DNA from: an uncultured Rhodospirillaceae bacterium
GTDB taxonomy: Bacteria > Pseudomonadota > Alphaproteobacteria > Rhodospirillales > UBA2165
NCBI GenBank assembly: GCA_964643045.1
Contig: CAZXSC010000002.1
Location: 25,806 to 89,805, forward strand
Length of the DNA: 64,000 bases
Direction of reading: 5' to 3'
Below the pieces are notes generated by a model. The model did no database searches and was not told the DNA's origin. It saw only the letters and a program-made list of their open reading frames with translations. Position numbers and translations under genes: made by a program. Shown piece after piece: positions 19,708 to 29,609 of the stretch (positions are counted from its first letter, which is position 1; each line of letters starts with the position of its first letter).

Positions 19708-20699
19708 CCTCAGTTAACGCCCTCATCCCAACGACGCTCACCGCCGACACAGTCAAGGAAAAGGCCAGAGAGCTTGGTGCCGATCTGGTTGGTATAGCCA
19801 ACGGCGCATTGATGGATCAGAATCCACCCGATCCCGATAATCCCCGGACACCCTCCGACATCACCGTAATCGACGGTGCGCGTGTTATCGTACTAGCCAA
19901 GCGAATCAGCTTTGCCACGTCGCGTCTTCCTGACTGGAATGACCAACATAAATTTTATGGTGACGAGCTGCTAATTTCGGCGCTTGAAGAACTTGCCCTC
20001 GACCTGGTTTTTTGGATGGAAGATAATGGTGCTCCTGCATTGATGGTTCCTTATCACCACGTCGATCCCCTAAAATTTAAAAAGGGCAAAGATACCCAGG
20101 CAACTCATCCTCTTTCAGCGGAACATGCGGCTGTCGAAGCTGGCCTCGGGACGCTCGGCCTCAACCACCAGCTTATTACGCCAGAATTTGGACCGCGTGT
20201 CATTTTGGCCCTGGTGATGACGTCGGCCAATATAGATCCAGATACAAAAATGAATACAGCTTTGTGCCTTGGTCCCGAATGCGGAAGATGCCTCTCTGCA
20301 TGCCCTGCTGACGCTGTCTTGCATTGGGATAGAGACTGGGCAGCGTGCGACAAATATCGCTCTCCTTTCGGCTTTGAATTTTTGTCGAACTATCTCACCG
20401 ATGTCCTAAATGAAACAGATCAAGACAAAAAAATTGCTATGTTGCGTGGCATGGAATCGTCCGAACTCTTTCAAGCAATGCTTCGCGGTAGCGGGATTAT
20501 TACCGGGTGTCGCCGCTGCGCCGATGTCTGTCCCATCGGCGAAGATTACGAAAATCTATTAAAAAAGTGGGTTGATGAAATTCCAGAAAATACAGCGGAG
20601 AAGCAAAAGCGTCTCGACACGATGAAAAAGGAAATAGCATTACCCAAGGCCTTTGAACGCCAAGCGCGCTGGATCGGTGATTTTAAACTTAACGGCTAA
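19704..20699 (+). CDS. Double-[4Fe-4S] protein of the RdhA/QueG-like superfamily, paralog B
   Basis: 331 aa. ATGA start/stop overlap with paralog A. GADLVGIA, HAAVEAGLGTLGLN...PEFGPRVIL, CLGPECGRCLSACP, GCRRCADVCP. Confidence 0.65.
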   Translation: MTSVNALIPTTLTADTVKEKARELGADLVGIANGALMDQNPPDPDNPRTPSDITVIDGARVIVLAKRISFATSRLPDWNDQHKFYGDELLISALEELALDLVFWMEDNGAPALMVPYHHVDPLKFKKGKDTQATHPLSAEHAAVEAGLGTLGLNHQLITPEFGPRVILALVMTSANIDPDTKMNTALCLGPECGRCLSACPADAVLHWDRDWAACDKYRSPFGFEFLSNYLTDVLNETDQDKKIAMLRGMESSELFQAMLRGSGIITGCRRCADVCPIGEDYENLLKKWVDEIPENTAEKQKRLDTMKKEIALPKAFERQARWIGDFKLNG

Positions 20700-20711
20700 A
20701 GGAGGGATACA

Positions 20712-22271
20712 ATGGTAAATTCTATTTCGGAACGGACAACTGTACCGAAACGCCCTGAGTTCGAATCCATGGTTCACATTCTTGCCCATGTGGCTAAAGA
20801 ACACCCGGGTCATACAGCTATAATAAGCGGCCAAAATGAAATCAACTTTGCCGATTATTATAGCTGCGTGGCAGGGCTAGCTCATAACTTAATCGAAATG
20901 GGTGCCAAGGATGAACGGGTAATAGTCCTAAGGCCCAATTCAATTGAGACCGCCGTTGCTGTAAATGCCGTCTGGGCTGCCGGAGCCCAAGCCATTATGT
21001 TCAACCCACTTTACACAGAGAACGAACTACGACCTTTGGTCGAAGATGCTTCCCCTGCCATTATTGTATGCGACACCAAACATGCCGAAATACTAGAGCC
21101 CCTGGCAGAGACTAACGGTGTAGAACATTTCTATACGTTCGACGATCCACAAATTATGATTGACCAATGGCGTGGCAGAAAAGACTTGAGACTGCCAGAA
21201 CCAATGCCAAAATCTTCCGATTTTGCCTTATTAGCTTATACTGGTGGCACAACGGGGTTACCCAAAGGAGCTATTCATAGCCATGCCATGATGCTGGCCA
21301 TGGCAAAGTCGATGGATGGATTGTACCGCACGTCAATTGCCAGTGATATTTGGTTTAATGTCGCACCGTTATCGCATATTTGGGGATGGTGCGTTTCTTT
21401 GGTCGCACCGATCTTCTGCTACAACACCGTTGTAATTGTGCCAAAATTCATACCGGATGTAGTGGTCACCGAGTTGGAAAGGACAAAAGCGACCATTTTT
21501 GCCGGCGGGCCTTCGGTTATCTACAACGCCCTATTAGCTGCGCCAACACTTAAGGAAGCGAACCTTAGTCATTTACGCCTTTGTCTTGGAGGAGGGTCAC
21601 CCTTTGCCGATGCAACGATCGCTGCGTGGAAGGACATCACCGGAAATACGGTTCATGAATTGTGGGGCATGTCAGAAGCGGCACCCCTGAGTGGCAATCC
21701 AGATGACCGTCCAAACAAAGTTGGAACAGTTGGCCTGCCCTGCCAAATGACCGAAATCGAATCCGTTGATACCAAAAATGGGTATGAGATCATGCCCATC
21801 GGCGAAGCAGGAGAGCTTCGAATTCGCGGGCCACAGATGATTTCCTCTTATTGGAACCGACCCGATGAAACAGCTCATGCTATCCGCGATGGATGGCTCT
21901 ATACCGGTGATATTGGATTTATCGATGCGACGGGCCGGATAACCATTGTCGACCGTAAAAAAGACATGGCAATCGTCGGTGGCTATAATGTATTTCCACG
22001 TGAAATTGATGAAGTTCTTTTTACCCATCCAAAAATTCAGGAAGCCGCTGCTATTGGTGTGCCAGATTCTCACCGCGGTGAAGCCATCCAGGCTTTCGTT
22101 GTGACAACCGAAGGAGCAACAATCACACCGGAGGAGATCATCGATTATTGTAAGGAAAGGCTTGCCAAATTCAAGGTCCCGTCAAAGATATATATCGTCG
22201 AATCACTTCCCAAAACACCCGCGGCGAAAATAGACAAAAAGGCACTGCAAGAATCTCTCGAGGAAAGTTAA
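20712..22271 (+). CDS. AMP-forming acyl-CoA/aryl-CoA synthetase (ANL superfamily)
   Basis: 519 aa. YTGGTTGLPKGA AMP-binding motif, GELRIRGP, YTGDIG, and C-terminal PKTPAAKIDKK. AAGGAGGG RBS 12 nt after the preceding stop. Confidence 0.88.
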   Translation: MVNSISERTTVPKRPEFESMVHILAHVAKEHPGHTAIISGQNEINFADYYSCVAGLAHNLIEMGAKDERVIVLRPNSIETAVAVNAVWAAGAQAIMFNPLYTENELRPLVEDASPAIIVCDTKHAEILEPLAETNGVEHFYTFDDPQIMIDQWRGRKDLRLPEPMPKSSDFALLAYTGGTTGLPKGAIHSHAMMLAMAKSMDGLYRTSIASDIWFNVAPLSHIWGWCVSLVAPIFCYNTVVIVPKFIPDVVVTELERTKATIFAGGPSVIYNALLAAPTLKEANLSHLRLCLGGGSPFADATIAAWKDITGNTVHELWGMSEAAPLSGNPDDRPNKVGTVGLPCQMTEIESVDTKNGYEIMPIGEAGELRIRGPQMISSYWNRPDETAHAIRDGWLYTGDIGFIDATGRITIVDRKKDMAIVGGYNVFPREIDEVLFTHPKIQEAAAIGVPDSHRGEAIQAFVVTTEGATITPEEIIDYCKERLAKFKVPSKIYIVESLPKTPAAKIDKKALQESLEES

Positions 22272-22394
22272 GTAGTTGAGACCTTCTAATGTCTCCTCTT
22301 GAATATTAGCAATATCAAGTGGAGCTAAATTGGCCTCTGCAGTACTCGAAAAGACAGACACTCAGATCAACTTTGATAGTATCGTTAGTAATTT

Positions 22395-22940
22395 TTATTT
22401 CCGTCCAATCATACGATTGAGGGTATCGTCCTTATCCCAAAAATGATGCTTAAGCGCTGCCAAAACATGAATGCCAACCAAAGGTATAATTAGGTTTGCC
22501 AAAAACTCATGTATACCCTCAAATTGTTCGTGGAGTGTATAGTCAAATCCCAATAAATCCGGGAATGTAATTAGGCCAAAGAAAGAAATATCGCGAAATC
22601 CGGTATCTGAAGCAATGAAGCCTGAAACCGGAATGGCAATAATGATTAAAAGCAATGACCAATGCCAAACCCGCGAAATTATATTTAAAAACGAAGCGCC
22701 TGGATCTACCGGTTGCGGAAAACCTTGCCTGATGCGCCAGATAAGTCGCACCAAAACGACCAACAAAAACACCATACCAAGCGATTGATGTAGCTCCTTT
22801 AATTCAGCTTTCTCGATTCCGCGCGGCAACTCTATCATCACTTTACCCATAAAAAACAAAGTGCCAACCAACAAAGCACTAAGCCAATGAAAGATAATCG
22901 AGAAAATACCAAATCGGTCTGCAGTGTCATGTAATTGCAT
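22395..22940 (-). CDS. Cytochrome b561 family membrane protein
   Basis: 181 aa, four hydrophobic helices. FSIIFHWLSALLV and HxxxxxxxxxxxxH-type histidines (VGIHVLAALKHHF) as in CybB-like proteins. Confidence 0.78.
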   Translation of the reverse strand: MQLHDTADRFGIFSIIFHWLSALLVGTLFFMGKVMIELPRGIEKAELKELHQSLGMVFLLVVLVRLIWRIRQGFPQPVDPGASFLNIISRVWHWSLLLIIIAIPVSGFIASDTGFRDISFFGLITFPDLLGFDYTLHEQFEGIHEFLANLIIPLVGIHVLAALKHHFWDKDDTLNRMIGRK

Positions 22941-23039
22941 TTAAGAAATCATCCTCTAGATCCATTAAATGGTCATGGAATTAGGCCAAAAAAGAACAAA
23001 AAGTGCCTAGCTCTTTTTTTAACCATTTTCAGCCCTCTT

Positions 23040-23059
23040 AAAACCTCAGAATTCTGGGG
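23040..23059 (-). terminator. Putative intrinsic terminator downstream of tRNA-Lys
   Basis: Minus strand reads CCCCAGAATTCTGAGG (6-bp stem including one G-U pair, AATT loop) followed by TTTT, 4 nt after the tRNA 3' end. Confidence 0.4.
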
Positions 23060-23063
23060 AAAA

Positions 23064-23139
23064 TGGTAGGCACGACAGGATTCGAACCTGTGACCGTCCG
23101 CTTAAAAGGCGGATGCTCTACCTACTGAGCTACGTGCCC
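23064..23139 (-). tRNA. tRNA-Lys (anticodon UUU), CCA encoded
   Basis: Hand-folded 76-nt cloverleaf: acceptor GGGCACG/CGTGCCU (G1-U72 wobble), D stem GCUC/GAGC, anticodon stem UCCGC/GCGGA with loop CUUUUAA, T arm ACAGG-UUCGAAU-CCUGU, discriminator A, then CCA. Confidence 0.93.
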
Positions 23140-23198
23140 TTAAAAGATCTTTGTCAAACAACTAGATCAACAAATACAAACAATTTGCAAGTCGGCGC

Positions 23199-23227
23199 AA
23201 CATAAGCACGCCTCTGCATTTGGTCAA
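23199..23227 (-). promoter_or_regulatory. Putative sigma70-type promoter for tRNA-Lys
   Basis: Minus strand reads TTGACC, then 17 nt, then TATGTT, about 55-60 nt upstream of the mature tRNA 5' end. Confidence 0.3.
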
Positions 23228-23260
23228 CACTAGATTGCTGTTATATTTAATTAGCATCAC

Positions 23261-23758
23261 CTATTCTTCAGAAAACTTTCCAAGCAGTTTTTTGCGAACG
23301 TTAGGGGCAACAAAATGTGTCACATCTCCCCCCATACTAACAATCTCTTTGACCAAACGCGACGAAATGAATTGATGTTTCTCAGAAGCTGTTAAGAAAA
23401 CTGTTTCAATTTCTGAATTCAGTTTTCGATTCATTCCTGTCATTTGGAATTCGTATTCGAAATCAGAGACTGCTCTCAACCCGCGAACAATTAGCGATGC
23501 ATTACACGATACTGCCAAGTCAGTTAACAAACCTTCAAATGGTTGAACGTGAATGTGATCAGAAGCCCCATGCAACAATGAAATTTCATGATTTACCATT
23601 TCGACTCTTTCTTCCAGAGTAAATAGAGGTCCTTTCCCAGCATTGATTGCCACGCCAATAATCAATTGATCAACAACCCGGGTAGCGCGTGATATAATAT
23701 CGATATGACCATTAGTAACAGGGTCAAAAGTCCCAGGATAAATACCTATACGTGCCAT
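23261..23758 (-). CDS. coaD: Phosphopantetheine adenylyltransferase
   Basis: MARIGIYPGTFDPVTNGHIDII (T/HxGH motif) and ISSRLVKEI. The ATG at 23758 is preceded by GAGGAAGG; the longer ORF-track start at 23791 adds 11 non-homologous residues. Confidence 0.93.
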   Translation of the reverse strand: MARIGIYPGTFDPVTNGHIDIISRATRVVDQLIIGVAINAGKGPLFTLEERVEMVNHEISLLHGASDHIHVQPFEGLLTDLAVSCNASLIVRGLRAVSDFEYEFQMTGMNRKLNSEIETVFLTASEKHQFISSRLVKEIVSMGGDVTHFVAPNVRKKLLGKFSEE

Positions 23759-23836
23759 TTTATACCTTCCTCGTTTATTACCTTTCTTCAATCTCCAACG
23801 ACCTCAGGCAAACCAATTACTGACTAGCATTGTCAG

Positions 23837-26560
23837 CTAAGGCGCCGTTTCCTGCCCCGTTTCCTGCTCCAAGTTCTCATCCACATCCCTAAAGCGGGTG
23901 ACCGAAACGACTCGCTCTTTTTCAGCTACCTTAAATAAAGTAACCCCTCGTGATGAACGACCGGTAAAGCTAATCCCATCAACAGGCATGCGAATAAGTT
24001 GTCCCCCATCTGAAACCATAACTAATTGATCTGTATCTACTACCGGAATTGTTGAAATAACCTCTGTAAGTTTCTTACCTCTCTTGATATCCATACTATC
24101 AATGCCCTTTCCACCACGCTTAGATATTCGATAGCCATAAGCAGAAGACCGCTTGCCGAAACCATCAATCGTAACTGTAAGAATAAACTCTTCTTCTTTC
24201 CGCATTTCCTGAAATAAGGGCTCTTCAAGTCGAGCGGCGGTGGCCTTATCACGCGCTTTATCCTCGTCGCGATCAGTATAGTCACCACCAACTAATCTTC
24301 GAGCGGCATTAATTGAGCGAAGATAATCATCGCGCGCAGCAACCTCGACTTTAATATGATTAAGACCAGACATAGCTATTACTTCGTCACCAGAAACCAA
24401 GCGAATCCCCCGAACCCCAGTGGAATTTCGGCTTGAAAAAACACGTACATCGGTAACCGGAAAACGAATACATTTGCCCTTTCTAGTTGCTAGGAAAACA
24501 TTGTGGGTTTCCTCAAACACTCGCACCCGAACAAGATGATCCCCTTCTCCTAATTTCATTGCGATCTTTCCATTAGCGTTCACTTTTGTGAAATCAGATA
24601 GTTTATTCCTTCTAACGCTACCGGAAGCTGTTGCAAAAATAACAAATAGGTCATCCCAAGTCTCCTCGTCTTCAGGAAGTGGCATTACTGTCGTAATTGT
24701 CTCACCCTCATCAAGCGGCAAAACATTTATAAGCGCCTTGCCACGTGCCTGCGGAGTGCCTTGGGGGAGTTTATAAACCTTCAATTTATAAACTATGCCG
24801 GTTGATGAGAAAAAAAGCATAGGTTGGTGGGTACTAGCAACAAATACTTGGGAAACAAAATCCTCATCCTTCGTACTCATGCCAGAACGGCCTTTACCGC
24901 CGCGGTTTTGAGCCCTATAGGTTGATAGTGGCACACGCTTAATATAGCCGCTGTCACTAACCGTGACGACCATGTCTTCTCTTTGAATTAAATCTTCAAT
25001 ATCACCTTCAAATTCTGTGTCTTCAATACTGGAACGTCGCTCACTTCCAAATAACTCTTTCATTTTTAACAATTCTTCGACCAAGATTTTGAACAAAAGC
25101 TCTTTCGAACCGAGTATTTTGAGAAATTCTTCAATCTTTGAGCAAAGTTCTTTCAAGTCGCTAGCAATTTTGTCACGCTCCAACCCTGTCAAGCGCTGAA
25201 GGCGCATTTCAAGGATTGCCTTGGCTTGTTCTTCTGAAAATTTGTACTTACCCTTAATAACCGGGTATTCAATATCATCTATGAGTGTAATCAATGGTTC
25301 AACATCTCCAGCCGCCCACGCCTTTGCCATCAGCTTATTTTTTGCCTCCGCGGCGTCTTTAGCCGCACGAATCAATTTAATTACTGGGTCAAGATTCTCA
25401 ACAGCAACGGCCAAACCAGCCATTATATGGGCCCGATCACGAGCTTTGTTAAGTTCAAATGTGGTACGGCGGGTGATTACTTCTTCTCGAAAATCTATAA
25501 ATGCTGACAAAATCTGTTTTAGATTCATTTGTTCTGGCTTGCCCGCATTTAATGCGAGCATGTTTGCACCAAAACTCGTTTGCAAGGGAGTAAACTTAAA
25601 TAACTGATTTAGCACCACCTCGGCCATCGCATCACGCTTAATTTCAATAACCACACGGACGCCATGGCGATCAGATTCGTCTCTGAGATCGGAAATTCCT
25701 TCAATCTTTTTTTCCCGTACACATTCAGCCATGATTTCAATCATGCGAGATTTATTTACCTGATAGGGTATTTCAGTAACAATAATGGCTTCTCTATCTT
25801 TTCCAAAGGGCTCAATATGCGTTCGCCCGCGAATCCGAATGGAACCACGTCCTTTGTGAAACGCCTGAGTTGAACCCATCCGACCTAGAATAATTCCGCC
25901 CGTCGGGAAATCAGGTGCTGGAATATAATCTTCAATTAATTCACTAATATCGATGTCAGGGTTTTTGATTATAGCACAGCATGCATCGATTACTTCATTT
26001 AGATTATGGGGAGGAATATTAGTTGCCATACCAACGGCAATTCCTCCAGCGCCATTAACCAACAAGTTTGGAAATTCAGCTGGCAGCACGTTTGGCTCCC
26101 GGACGCTATCATCATAATTTGGTTGAAAATCAACTGTGTCTTTATCAATATCCTCAACTAATGAGTGAGCCGACCGTGCCAAACGAGCTTCAGTATACCG
26201 CATCGCCGCAGCTCTGTCCCCATCCATTGAGCCAAAATTACCTTGACCTTGGATGAGCGGAAGGCGAAGCGAAAAATCCTGAGCCATGCGTACTAGTGAA
26301 TCATAAATTGCCGTGTCACCATGTGGGTGATATTTACCCATAACATCACCAACGATACGCGCTGATTTACGAAAAGGCCGATTATAATCATATCCCCCCT
26401 CTTTCATCGCATAAATAATTCGCCGATGCACTGGCTTAAGCCCATCTCGAACGTCAGGTAGAGCCCGGCTTACGATCACGCTCATCGCATAATCAAGATA
26501 AGAAGACCTCATCTCATCTTCAATACTTACCGGAATTATATCAAAATCCGAAGGTCTCAT
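23837..26560 (-). CDS. gyrA: DNA gyrase subunit A
   Basis: [38 protein letters not shown] (active-site Tyr), and C-terminal beta-pinwheel repeats. The ATG at 26560 gives [17 protein letters not shown], collinear with the E. coli GyrA N-terminus, and has GGAGGTGA upstream. Confidence 0.97.
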   Translation of the reverse strand: MRPSDFDIIPVSIEDEMRSSYLDYAMSVIVSRALPDVRDGLKPVHRRIIYAMKEGGYDYNRPFRKSARIVGDVMGKYHPHGDTAIYDSLVRMAQDFSLRLPLIQGQGNFGSMDGDRAAAMRYTEARLARSAHSLVEDIDKDTVDFQPNYDDSVREPNVLPAEFPNLLVNGAGGIAVGMATNIPPHNLNEVIDACCAIIKNPDIDISELIEDYIPAPDFPTGGIILGRMGSTQAFHKGRGSIRIRGRTHIEPFGKDREAIIVTEIPYQVNKSRMIEIMAECVREKKIEGISDLRDESDRHGVRVVIEIKRDAMAEVVLNQLFKFTPLQTSFGANMLALNAGKPEQMNLKQILSAFIDFREEVITRRTTFELNKARDRAHIMAGLAVAVENLDPVIKLIRAAKDAAEAKNKLMAKAWAAGDVEPLITLIDDIEYPVIKGKYKFSEEQAKAILEMRLQRLTGLERDKIASDLKELCSKIEEFLKILGSKELLFKILVEELLKMKELFGSERRSSIEDTEFEGDIEDLIQREDMVVTVSDSGYIKRVPLSTYRAQNRGGKGRSGMSTKDEDFVSQVFVASTHQPMLFFSSTGIVYKLKVYKLPQGTPQARGKALINVLPLDEGETITTVMPLPEDEETWDDLFVIFATASGSVRRNKLSDFTKVNANGKIAMKLGEGDHLVRVRVFEETHNVFLATRKGKCIRFPVTDVRVFSSRNSTGVRGIRLVSGDEVIAMSGLNHIKVEVAARDDYLRSINAARRLVGGDYTDRDEDKARDKATAARLEEPLFQEMRKEEEFILTVTIDGFGKRSSAYGYRISKRGGKGIDSMDIKRGKKLTEVISTIPVVDTDQLVMVSDGGQLIRMPVDGISFTGRSSRGVTLFKVAEKERVVSVTRFRDVDENLEQETGQETAP

Positions 26561-26953
26561 ACCCTCACCTCCGCCATCATTAGGATCATTGTCGGGAGGA
26601 AGGTCATCAGGCGGGTTCAAGTGTATAATCCATTCGAGTTCTTGAATTGCGTGGCCTACGTTCAGCCACATTACTACTTTCAATATAGGTAGATAATATA
26701 GCAAATTGCCATGTTACTCACAACAAAATCTACCATAAAACTTAACTGATATAATCATGGCAAAACCTAATATAACTAATTGATATATTTATATATTTTT
26801 GCTTATGATTTGATGTAAAAAATTATTGGAGAGAAATTTTCCTTGGGTTTTTTAGAGACCACAAAAATCCCCCGAATCAGAATTTTCTACCCCTAAATTG
26901 ATTAAATCCACGGACGCTTGCAAGTGCGAGTTCATTGAAGTAGACCTGACACT

Positions 26954-28198
26954 ATGAACAGAGATCAAACTTCTCTGCAAGAATCTAAGCGGAATTTAAA
27001 CAACGTAATAATACTGTCCATCTGTCAGGCATTATTTAACAGCGGACGCACACTCGCCTTCATTTCGGCTTCGTTAGTATCTATTTCAATGCTTGGAGAC
27101 AATCTTACCTTTGTGACCGCCCCCGTAACAATGATGTTGGTCGGAACTGCAGCAGGAACATTGCCATCGGCCTATTTAATGCAAAATGTTGGCAGAAAAT
27201 GTGGATTTTTCATCGGCTCGTTGGTAGGGGCCTTCGGAAGTGGGTTGGCAGCAAGTGCAATCTCATATGATAGTTTTCTGTTATTTAACTTTGGGATATT
27301 TTTGTTTGGGATGTACGGCGGAGCAGCACAACAATATAGGTTCGCAGCCGCCGATGTAGCGCCAGAAAATATCAAAGCAAAATCAGTCGCAATCGTAATT
27401 GCAATGGGCGTAGTCGGCGCCATAGTTGGACCTGAAACAGTTCTACTAACAAAAGATAAAATTGGCGCGTTGCCATTTGAAGGAACGTTCTGGGCACTTG
27501 GTTTCTTTTGTTTACTAGCTGCAATTATAATCCTAGGTGTAAAAATACCAAAACTAACTAAAGAGGAATTTTCAGAATCAGGGCGACCACTTTCAGAAAT
27601 AATGCGCAATCATACGTTTTTGATTGCTTTAATCGCTGCGCTTTTTGGATATGCAGTAATGAACCTTCTTATGACAGCAACTCCTGTCGTTATGCGAACA
27701 GACGCTTTTTCCGATGGAAATATTACGCGAGTAATACAATGGCATGTTGTTGGCATGTTCGCGCCTGGATTTTTTACGGGTAACCTTATCAAACGGTTTG
27801 GCGTCGTACGTATTATTGTTGTTGGTAGTATCCTTTTGCTAGTCTCCGTTTTAATTTCTTTATCTGGTGAAACGTTCATTCATTTTTTTGTTACCTTATT
27901 CTTTGTTGGTGTAGGATGGAACTTCACTTTCACTGGTGGAACACTTCTAGTTACAGAAGTACACTCACCTTCAGAACGCGCTAAAGTTCAAGGGATTAAT
28001 GACTTCATTCTCTTTACAGGACTAGCCTTGTCGTCGTTGTTTGCTGGCGTAATTTACCACTTTATGGGATGGTTGTGGGTTAATCTGGCAACGATACCCA
28101 TGATACTCGCTGTCCTCGTCTCAGCCATCTGGCTGCGTTCTATTAGGAAAACAAAAAACCTACAACAGGAAATACCGGAGATTGATTTACGCATCTAA
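26954..28198 (+). CDS. MFS transporter
   Basis: 414 aa with about 12 hydrophobic segments, two six-helix halves, and a loop motif GRKCGFFIG. Confidence 0.78.
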   Translation: MNRDQTSLQESKRNLNNVIILSICQALFNSGRTLAFISASLVSISMLGDNLTFVTAPVTMMLVGTAAGTLPSAYLMQNVGRKCGFFIGSLVGAFGSGLAASAISYDSFLLFNFGIFLFGMYGGAAQQYRFAAADVAPENIKAKSVAIVIAMGVVGAIVGPETVLLTKDKIGALPFEGTFWALGFFCLLAAIIILGVKIPKLTKEEFSESGRPLSEIMRNHTFLIALIAALFGYAVMNLLMTATPVVMRTDAFSDGNITRVIQWHVVGMFAPGFFTGNLIKRFGVVRIIVVGSILLLVSVLISLSGETFIHFFVTLFFVGVGWNFTFTGGTLLVTEVHSPSERAKVQGINDFILFTGLALSSLFAGVIYHFMGWLWVNLATIPMILAVLVSAIWLRSIRKTKNLQQEIPEIDLRI

Positions 28199-28957
28199 GA
28201 ACTTTTCAACATAATCAAGAAAACCCTCGGGATTATCTGCATGCAGCCAATGACCCGCATTGTCTACAAGGACAACTCTGGCATTGGGAAACAGACGATA
28301 AATTTCATTATGATAACACTGTCCAATAAAATCTGACTGGGCGCCAGCTATAAACAGAGCTCGATGTTCACAGCTAGTCTTTTCAGGGAAAGCCGGAAAC
28401 CCCTCGATATTTGGCATGCCCGCCCTTAGAGTTGGAATATTTATCCGCCATCGATAACCGTCATCGAAACGAACTAGATTTTGCAACAAGAAACCACGCA
28501 TTGTTTCGTCAGGGATACTCGCCTTCAGCTGAATATCTGCATCGTTCCGGTTCTTAACCAATTTAAGGTCTACGGCCTCAAGCGCCGAGATTATAGACAA
28601 ATTATTGTGGTTGTATTTGACTGGTGCAATGTCAACGACAATCAATTGTGTAATCAACTCAGGTTTGGTTAATGCAACAGTCATTGCAATCTTTCCGCCC
28701 ATAGAGTGGCCCAATAGCGTAGCTTTTTTTAATTTTTGCTGATTTAAAAAATCCTTAATTTCCTGGGCTAATAACTCGTAAGATAATTGATCCGTCCATT
28801 GCGATTCCCCGTGATTTGGTAAGTCCAATAACAAGATGCGATGACTGACAGCTAGCCTGCGTGCGATTGATATCCAATTCCGACCAGCACCAAATAGGCC
28901 ATGTAGAATGACGATAGCCTGATCACCACTACCTAGCTCTCTATATGCTAGTTTCAT
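28187..28957 (-). CDS. Alpha/beta-fold hydrolase (YbfF-like esterase)
   Basis: 256 aa. ILHGLFG, GHSMGG nucleophile elbow, and C-terminal AGHWLHADNPEGF. Confidence 0.8.
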   Translation of the reverse strand: MKLAYRELGSGDQAIVILHGLFGAGRNWISIARRLAVSHRILLLDLPNHGESQWTDQLSYELLAQEIKDFLNQQKLKKATLLGHSMGGKIAMTVALTKPELITQLIVVDIAPVKYNHNNLSIISALEAVDLKLVKNRNDADIQLKASIPDETMRGFLLQNLVRFDDGYRWRINIPTLRAGMPNIEGFPAFPEKTSCEHRALFIAGAQSDFIGQCYHNEIYRLFPNARVVLVDNAGHWLHADNPEGFLDYVEKFLDA

Positions 28958-28964
28958 GATTTAC

Positions 28965-29435
28965 CTAGAAAGGAATTTCGTCGTCCAACTCGTCATTAGG
29001 CGTGACACTAGCAACGTGATCAACAGGCCCCGGATCAGAATCCGGCAATTGAGGACTATTTGCACTAGCAAATTCTCCTCCATCACCACGGCCGTCAAGC
29101 ATCGTCAACTCACCTTTAAACCCTAGCACAACTTCTGTCGTATACTTTTCTATGCCAGCGTTGTCGGTCCATTTTCGTGTTTGAAGAGCTCCTTCCAGAT
29201 ATACTTTTGATCCCTTTTTCAAGTACTTTTCGGCTATATCAGCCAAGAATTTGTTAAAAATGACCACACGATGCCATTCTGTCTTCTCCTTACGTTCACC
29301 AGAGGCTTTATCGTTCCAGATTTCTGACGTTGCTATGGAAAGATTTGCTATTTTATCTCCACTTTGGGAAAAACGGATTTCTGGATCCCGACCGAGATTA
29401 CCTACCAATGTAACTTTATTTATGCTACCAGCCAT
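28965..29435 (-). CDS. ssb: Single-stranded DNA-binding protein
   Basis: [31 protein letters not shown], and an acidic tail DDEIPF. The ATG at 29435 has GAGGTGA upstream. Divergent from uvrA, as in many bacteria. Confidence 0.95.
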   Translation of the reverse strand: MAGSINKVTLVGNLGRDPEIRFSQSGDKIANLSIATSEIWNDKASGERKEKTEWHRVVIFNKFLADIAEKYLKKGSKVYLEGALQTRKWTDNAGIEKYTTEVVLGFKGELTMLDGRGDGGEFASANSPQLPDSDPGPVDHVASVTPNDELDDEIPF

Positions 29436-29609
29436 GAGGCTCACCTCACAATTTGTTGTTTTAGTAACATTATACATAGCCTTTTTTCTATAGCATTTCA
29501 CGTTCAAAAAACTGAAAGGTCAAATAATGTTTGCTTTACGTGCTAAAAAGGAGATTATTTTTTTTACTATGAAAAAAAAATCCCGAATTAACCTAAGAAA
29601 TAGCCGAAT

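Noticed and set aside
23064-23139. The G1-U72 wobble at the top of the tRNA-Lys acceptor stem, considered as a possible sign of a pseudo-tRNA.
   Set aside because: The rest of the cloverleaf is perfect, with the canonical T-loop, D-arm, anticodon loop and encoded CCA. A single G-U pair is compatible with a functional tRNA.
22272-23260. Possible genomic-island integration at tRNA-Lys.
   Set aside because: I saw no integrase, recombinase or phage gene on either side of the tRNA, and no evident direct repeat of the tRNA 3' half by eye. The flanking genes (cytochrome b561, coaD) look chromosomal. A proper repeat search was not possible.
26561-26704. The upstream extension of gyrA ([25 protein letters not shown]...), and similar extensions of coaD (to 23791), ssb (to 29507), secF (to 50604), yajC (to 52588) and serS (to 57663).
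   Set aside because: The extensions have no similarity to the known N-termini of these families. The internal ATGs reproduce canonical N-termini and are preceded by Shine-Dalgarno-like sequences.
29551-29584. The T8/A9 homopolymer pair GGAGATTATTTTTTTTACTATGAAAAAAAAATCCC between the ssb upstream region and the PDR reductase stop, which includes a tiny ATG ORF.
   Set aside because: This is low-complexity A/T pairing that gives only a weak hairpin. The embedded ORF is about 14 codons with no convincing RBS context. It is most likely just AT-rich spacer, or at best a weak bidirectional terminator.
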